DNA of 12,273 nt from the NCBI GenBank assembly GCA_041498975.1, contig JBGQJI010000070.1:1-12273 (forward strand), in the 5' to 3' direction. Under the pieces are notes generated by a model. That model saw only the letters and a list, made by a program, of their open reading frames with translations, was not told where the DNA came from and did no database searches. The position numbers were made by a program, and so were the translations under genes. Every line of letters starts with the position of its first letter. Within the stretch, counting starts at the first letter, position 1. Shown here in pieces: positions 1 through 12,273 of this stretch. The stretch comes from Candidatus Methylomirabilis sp. GTDB lineage: Bacteria; Methylomirabilota; Methylomirabilia; Methylomirabilales; Methylomirabilaceae.

Positions 1-93
1 ACGAAGATGCCGGACTTGAATGCGCTGTCCCTTGAATCGGCTGTCAGGATCATCGAGGGAACCGCGAGGACCATGGGGATCGAGATCGTCTGA
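1..93 (+). CDS. rplK: 50S ribosomal protein L11, C-terminal fragment (5' truncated by window)
   Basis: Frame 1 translates to [30 protein letters not shown], matching the conserved L11 C-terminus (KMPDLNA...GTARSMG); TGA at 91-93; lies directly upstream of rplA. Confidence 0.96.
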   Translation, partial: TKMPDLNALSLESAVRIIEGTARTMGIEIV

Positions 94-97
94 AAAC

Positions 98-182
98 AGG
101 GTTTAGGGTCTAGGGTTCAGGGTCAGGCCGGAGACTCAACGCCGCTTCTCTTCTAAACCCTATACCCTATCCCCTCTACCCT
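98..182. repeat. Inverted heptamer tandem-repeat element 1: (AGGGTNN)x4 - 29 nt - (NNNCCCT)x4
   Basis: Left arm 98-125: AGGGTTT AGGGTCT AGGGTTC AGGGTCA. Right arm 155-182: AAACCCT ATACCCT ATCCCCT CTACCCT. The arms are imperfect reverse complements (20/28 Watson-Crick by my count). Confidence 0.92.
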
Positions 183-200
183 AGTCTTAGGGGGTGGAAA

Positions 201-908
201 ATGGCGAAAGCCGGGAAACGCTACGAGGCCGGTGTTCTAGCAGTGAAGCAAGCAGGTGCCTGCGATTTGGTGAAGGCGATCGGGGTGGTGAAGTCGAACG
301 CCAAGGCAAAGTTTGATGAGACAGTCGAATTGGCTGTTCGCCTGGGGGTCGATCCAAAGCATGCGGATCAGATGGTGAGGGGCACGGTCGTGTTGCCGCA
401 TGGAACGGGGAAGGGGGTCCGCGTGCTCGTCTTCACAAAAGGCGAAAAGGAGAAGGAGGCTCGAGAGGCCGGGGCCGATTATATCGGCTGCGAAGACCTG
501 ATAGAGAAAATCCAGCAGGGGTGGCTTGATTTCGACCGGGCGATCGCCACCCCTGACGTGATGGGCCAAGTGGGACGGCTCGGCAAGGTCCTGGGTCCTC
601 GAGGCTTGATGCCCAATCCGAAGACCGGCACGGTGACGTTCGATGTCGGAAGGGCGGTCCGGGAGTTCAAGGGCGGAAAGATCGAGTATCGCGTGGAGAA
701 GGCGGGAATCGTCCATGTTCCCTTCGGGAAAGCCTCCTTCACCGAGAACCAGCTCCACGACAACGCGGTGACCTTGCTCGAGGCATTGGTCCGGGCCAAG
801 CCCGCATCCAGCAAAGGTCGATACCTCAAAGGAGTTGCCGTGTCATCCACGATGGGGCCGGGCGTGAAGGTCGACCTGAGCACCCTTGCAGGGCTGGTGA
901 AGACCTAG
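201..908 (+). CDS. rplA: 50S ribosomal protein L1
   Basis: 235 aa with L1 motifs [38 protein letters not shown] and STMGPG; purine-rich SD AGGGGGT at 189-195. Confidence 0.99.
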   Translation: MAKAGKRYEAGVLAVKQAGACDLVKAIGVVKSNAKAKFDETVELAVRLGVDPKHADQMVRGTVVLPHGTGKGVRVLVFTKGEKEKEAREAGADYIGCEDLIEKIQQGWLDFDRAIATPDVMGQVGRLGKVLGPRGLMPNPKTGTVTFDVGRAVREFKGGKIEYRVEKAGIVHVPFGKASFTENQLHDNAVTLLEALVRAKPASSKGRYLKGVAVSSTMGPGVKVDLSTLAGLVKT

Positions 909-1012
909 TGCCGTTCCACCTATTTACGCCAAGACCGCGAGGCTGTGGCAAGCGATAGTTCTTTGCAGGGTTCCCGTCGGCGATTAGCCGCGACAAGTTG
1001 GAACGGCACTGG
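905..1012. repeat. ~105-nt element bounded by inverted repeats (MITE-like and/or L10-leader-type structured RNA)
   Basis: AGTGCCGTTCCA (907-918) and TGGAACGGCACT (999-1010) form a perfect 12-bp IR that extends imperfectly inward. The left end overlaps CTAG, the rplA stop. The internal CCAAGACCGCGAGG (929-942) resembles the L10 leader core. The IR is certain; the identity is not. Confidence 0.6.
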
Positions 1013-1051
1013 TGCGCCGGGAAATGAGGCGTCGTGCGCGATGGAGGGAAC

Positions 1052-1585
1052 GTGAAACGGGGCGACAAGGCGGTTGTCGTTGATGATCTCAAGAACCTAC
1101 TGGCAGAGGCGAAGGTCGCCATGCTGGCAGACTATCAGGGCCTCAGCGTGAGCGAGTTGACCGAACTGAGAAAGCTGCTTCGCCAGCAGGGGATCGCCTT
1201 GCGGGTCGTCAAGAACAGCCTCGCGAGGTTGGCCACCAAGGGGACGGAGTTGCAGGAGCTGGAGCCTCACCTTGTAGGTCCGACGGCGATGGTTTTTGGT
1301 AAGGGAGATCCCGCATTGCCGGCCAAGCTTCTGGCCTCTTATGCAAAGACCAAACCGACATTGCGGATCAAGGCCGGCTTTGTGGAGGGAAAGGTGCTGG
1401 CCAAGCAGGATGCGCTGGCCTTAGCGGACCTGCCGCCGCGGGAGGTCTTGATGGCCAGGCTGGCCGGCATCCTTCAATCCCCCCTTCGGGGCCTCCTGGT
1501 CTCGCTCCAAGGACCGCTGCGATCCTTCCTCATGGCCTTGGAGGCGGTCAGGCAGAAAAAAGAGCTGGGACCGCCCGGGCCGTGA
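1052..1585 (+). CDS. rplJ: 50S ribosomal protein L10
   Basis: L10 motifs DYQGLSVSELTELRK, VVKNSLAR, LVGPTA and LADLPPRE. Start reassigned from 1034 to the in-frame GTG at 1052, which follows SD GGAGG (1043-1047) and gives a typical MKR...K N-terminus. Confidence 0.97.
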   Translation: MKRGDKAVVVDDLKNLLAEAKVAMLADYQGLSVSELTELRKLLRQQGIALRVVKNSLARLATKGTELQELEPHLVGPTAMVFGKGDPALPAKLLASYAKTKPTLRIKAGFVEGKVLAKQDALALADLPPREVLMARLAGILQSPLRGLLVSLQGPLRSFLMALEAVRQKKELGPPGP

Positions 1586-1595
1586 GTGGCCCGGG
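1574..1595 (+). other. GC-rich stem-loop spanning the rplJ stop codon
   Basis: CCCGGGCC (1574-1581) and GGCCCGGG (1588-1595) form a perfect 8-bp stem; the loop GTGAGT contains the TGA stop; no real U-tract follows. Confidence 0.6.
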
Positions 1596-1644
1596 AACCT
1601 TTGAGACATGTGTCACTACGCAGTGAATAAGGAAAGGAGTGGCG

Positions 1645-2037
1645 ATGGCCAGGGTCACAGTCGATGATGTGTTGGACTCGATCGAGAGTTGGACGGTGCT
1701 GGACTTAAGCAAATTGGTGAAGGGAATCGAGGAGAAGTTCGGCGTGTCTGCCGCCGCGATGATGCCGATGGCGGCGGCTGCCCCGGGAGCGGGCGCGGGA
1801 GTCGCGGCGCCTGCGGCCGAGGAGAAGACAGAGTTCTCTGTCATCTTGACCGGGATGGGAGAAAAGAAGATCCAGGTCATCAAGGAGGTGAGGGCAATCA
1901 CCGGGCTTGGCCTGAAGGAGGCGAAGGACCTGGTGGACGGTGCGCCGAAGCCGGTGAAGGAAGGGATATCGAAGGCCGAGGCGAATGAGATCAAAGCAAA
2001 GCTGGAGGCGGCTGGCGCGACTGTGGAGCTCAAGTAG
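1645..2037 (+). CDS. rplL: 50S ribosomal protein L7/L12
   Basis: [10 protein letters not shown], Ala/Gly-rich hinge, [29 protein letters not shown] and AGATVELK. Start reassigned to ATG 1645, 5 nt after SD AAGGAG (1634-1639); the track's GTG 1639 overlaps the SD. Confidence 0.98.
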   Translation: MARVTVDDVLDSIESWTVLDLSKLVKGIEEKFGVSAAAMMPMAAAAPGAGAGVAAPAAEEKTEFSVILTGMGEKKIQVIKEVRAITGLGLKEAKDLVDGAPKPVKEGISKAEANEIKAKLEAAGATVELK

Positions 2038-2064
2038 GACGGGAAGAAAAGGAGTCAAAAAAGC

Positions 2065-6081
<4,017 letters not shown>

Positions 6082-6175
6082 ATTCTGGAGGTCATGACGT
6101 CCGTGAGTGAGCAAGGGGCACGGAATTCCCAAGTCGCTGAGCACGTGCGCGCCGAAGCGCGCGGAGGGAACAGCG

Positions 6176-10276
<4,101 letters not shown>

Positions 10277-10282
10277 AAAGGC

Positions 10283-10310
10283 TTGACAAACGCGAACAAT
10301 CTATTAAAAT
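10283..10310 (+). promoter_or_regulatory. sigma70-type promoter for the str (rpsL) operon
   Basis: TTGACA (10283-10288), 16-nt spacer, TAAAAT (10305-10310), in an AT-rich patch of an otherwise GC-rich region, 30 nt upstream of the rpsL start. Confidence 0.8.
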
Positions 10311-10340
10311 GTGAAGGTTTGCAGGTCACAGGAGGAGGCG

Positions 10341-10718
10341 GTGCCGACCATCCAGCAGTTAGTTCGTACGGGTCGAGCTGCAGCGGCGAAGAAGATTAAG
10401 ACACCGGCGCTGCAGGGATGTCCGCAGCGGCGCGGGGTGTGCGTTCGCGTCTACACCACCACCCCCAAGAAGCCGAATTCTGCGCTTCGGAAGGTGGCCA
10501 GGGTCCGTCTCACAAACGGGATTGAGGTGACCACGTACATCCCCGGAGTCGGTCATAATCTGCAGGAGCACTCCATCGTCCTGATCAGGGGAGGGCGCGT
10601 CAAAGACCTGCCGGGGGTGCGCTACCACGTGATCCGCGGGGCCCTGGACACGGCGGGGGTCCAGGATCGCAAACAGGGGCGATCCCTTTACGGCGCCAAG
10701 AGACCGAAGACCGGATAG
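10341..10718 (+). CDS. rpsL: 30S ribosomal protein S12
   Basis: MPTIQQLVR...CPQRRGVC...[11 protein letters not shown]...[13 protein letters not shown]; start reassigned to GTG 10341 after SD AGGAGGAGG (10330-10338). Confidence 0.99.
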   Translation: MPTIQQLVRTGRAAAAKKIKTPALQGCPQRRGVCVRVYTTTPKKPNSALRKVARVRLTNGIEVTTYIPGVGHNLQEHSIVLIRGGRVKDLPGVRYHVIRGALDTAGVQDRKQGRSLYGAKRPKTG

Positions 10719-10724
10719 CGACCT

Positions 10725-10786
10725 TCGGCACTCGAGGGAATCGGTTCTTCATGGACCTAGCCTGGAGTGCCGATTTTAATTTTTTT
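10725..10786 (+). terminator. Intrinsic-terminator-like or regulatory stem-loop in the rpsL-rpsG spacer
   Basis: TCGGCACTC (10725-10733) pairs with GAGTGCCGA (10765-10773), continued by AGG/CCT and an apical GGTTC/GGACC stem; followed directly by TTTTAATTTTTTT (10774-10786). Confidence 0.5.
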
Positions 10787-10821
10787 GGCGGCATATAAGG
10801 CCTACTGCGGGGAAAGGTGTA

Positions 10822-11292
10822 ATGCCCAGACGAAAGGTGGCCGAGAAGCGAGAGATCATAGCCGATCCCGTTTACAGCAATCGGTTGGTGGCCAAGTTCG
10901 TCAACACCATGATGAAGCAGGGGAAGAAAAGCGTGGCCGAATCGATCTTCTACAAGTCGATGAAGATCATAGAAGATCGGGCCAAGGCTGATCCGTTGCG
11001 AATGTTCAAGCAGGCTGTGGACAACGTCAAGCCCGTACTCGAGGTCAAGTCACGCCGGGTGGGCGGCGCGACCTATCAGGTCCCTGTTGAGGTCCGGGCG
11101 GATCGCCGGACATCCCTGGCCTTTCGATGGATCATCGGTTTTTCCAGGAAGCGGACCGAGAAAACGATGGCGGAACGCCTGGCCGCCGAGTTGATCGAGG
11201 CAGCCAACAGCCGGGGGAGTTCGGTGAAGAAAAAGGAAGACACCCACAAGATGGCGGAGGCGAACAAGGCGTTCGCCCATTATCGGTGGTAA
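10822..11292 (+). CDS. rpsG: 30S ribosomal protein S7
   Basis: 156 aa; MPRR...[26 protein letters not shown] and [25 protein letters not shown] at 10812-10819. Confidence 0.99.
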   Translation: MPRRKVAEKREIIADPVYSNRLVAKFVNTMMKQGKKSVAESIFYKSMKIIEDRAKADPLRMFKQAVDNVKPVLEVKSRRVGGATYQVPVEVRADRRTSLAFRWIIGFSRKRTEKTMAERLAAELIEAANSRGSSVKKKEDTHKMAEANKAFAHYRW

Positions 11293-11298
11293 TGAGAG

Positions 11299-11382
11299 GT
11301 TTCGAGTTTCGAGTTCTGGGTTGCGAGGGAGTGCCCCACGCTCTGACGCTGTACCCGAAACTCGAAACCCGAAACTCGGAAC
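11299..11382. repeat. Inverted heptamer tandem-repeat element 2: (GTTTCGA-like)x4 - 28 nt - (YCGAAAC-like)x4
   Basis: Left arm 11299-11326: GTTTCGA GTTTCGA GTTCTGG GTTGCGA. Right arm 11355-11382: CCGAAAC TCGAAAC CCGAAAC TCGGAAC. 21/28 Watson-Crick pairs plus G-U wobbles by my count. Confidence 0.92.
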
Positions 11383-11388
11383 GAGGCG

Positions 11389-12273
<885 letters not shown>

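Noticed and set aside
123..154. Possible L1-binding autoregulatory motif (GGAG-containing) in the spacer of element 1
   Set aside because: GGCCGGAGACTCAACGCC has only a 3-bp potential stem and I cannot build the L1 internal-loop motif from it; a covariance-model search would be needed.
98..182. Heptamer elements as a CRISPR array or as eukaryotic telomere contamination
   Set aside because: The units are 7 nt, tandem and inverted rather than 23-47 nt direct repeats with spacers, and no cas genes are present. The repeats are degenerate, short and embedded seamlessly between bacterial genes.
1583..1600. Selenocysteine or read-through recoding of the rplJ UGA
   Set aside because: A bacterial SECIS lies 3' of the UGA rather than enclosing it, L10 is already complete at this point, and nothing conserved follows in frame.
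6082..6175. rpoB-rpoC fusion, read-through, split rpoC or inteins
   Set aside because: rpoB ends with a clear TAG at 6079-6081 and rpoC is in a different frame. Both subunits have normal lengths with contiguous conserved motifs and no intein-sized interruption.
10277..10340. Direct adjacency of rpoC and rpsL as an unusual gene order
   Set aside because: Contiguous rif and str clusters are widespread in bacteria.
10455..10625. Streptomycin-resistance substitutions in S12
   Set aside because: The PKKPNSA and RVKDLPG motifs are wild type.

Overview
A GC-rich bacterial core-genome segment with all genes on the + strand. It holds the contiguous rif and str clusters: 3' end of rplK (L11), rplA (L1), rplJ (L10), rplL (L7/L12), rpoB, rpoC, rpsL (S12), rpsG (S7) and the 5' part of fusA (EF-G, truncated by the window end). 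The genes look intact, and I see no inteins, frameshifts, foreign genes, RNA genes or CRISPR array. Several ORF-track starts are probably too far upstream; better starts are rplJ 1052, rplL 1645, rpoC 6176 and rpsL 10341. RNA polymerase carries Gram-negative-type lineage insertions, but the taxon cannot be assigned without a search. No new protein-coding system is evident, and the unusual signal lies in the spacers. (1) Two ~85-nt elements share one architecture (4 heptamers, a 28-29 nt spacer, 4 inverted heptamers) between rplK-rplA and rpsG-fusA; the first is telomere-like (TTTAGGG), fits the G-quadruplex pattern and can pair with the rplA Shine-Dalgarno. (2) A ~105-nt element bounded by a perfect 12-bp inverted repeat starts in the rplA stop codon, where the L10 leader normally lies. 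(3) A terminator-like stem-loop sits between rpsL and rpsG. (4) A small ORF with its own SD overlaps the rpoC start.
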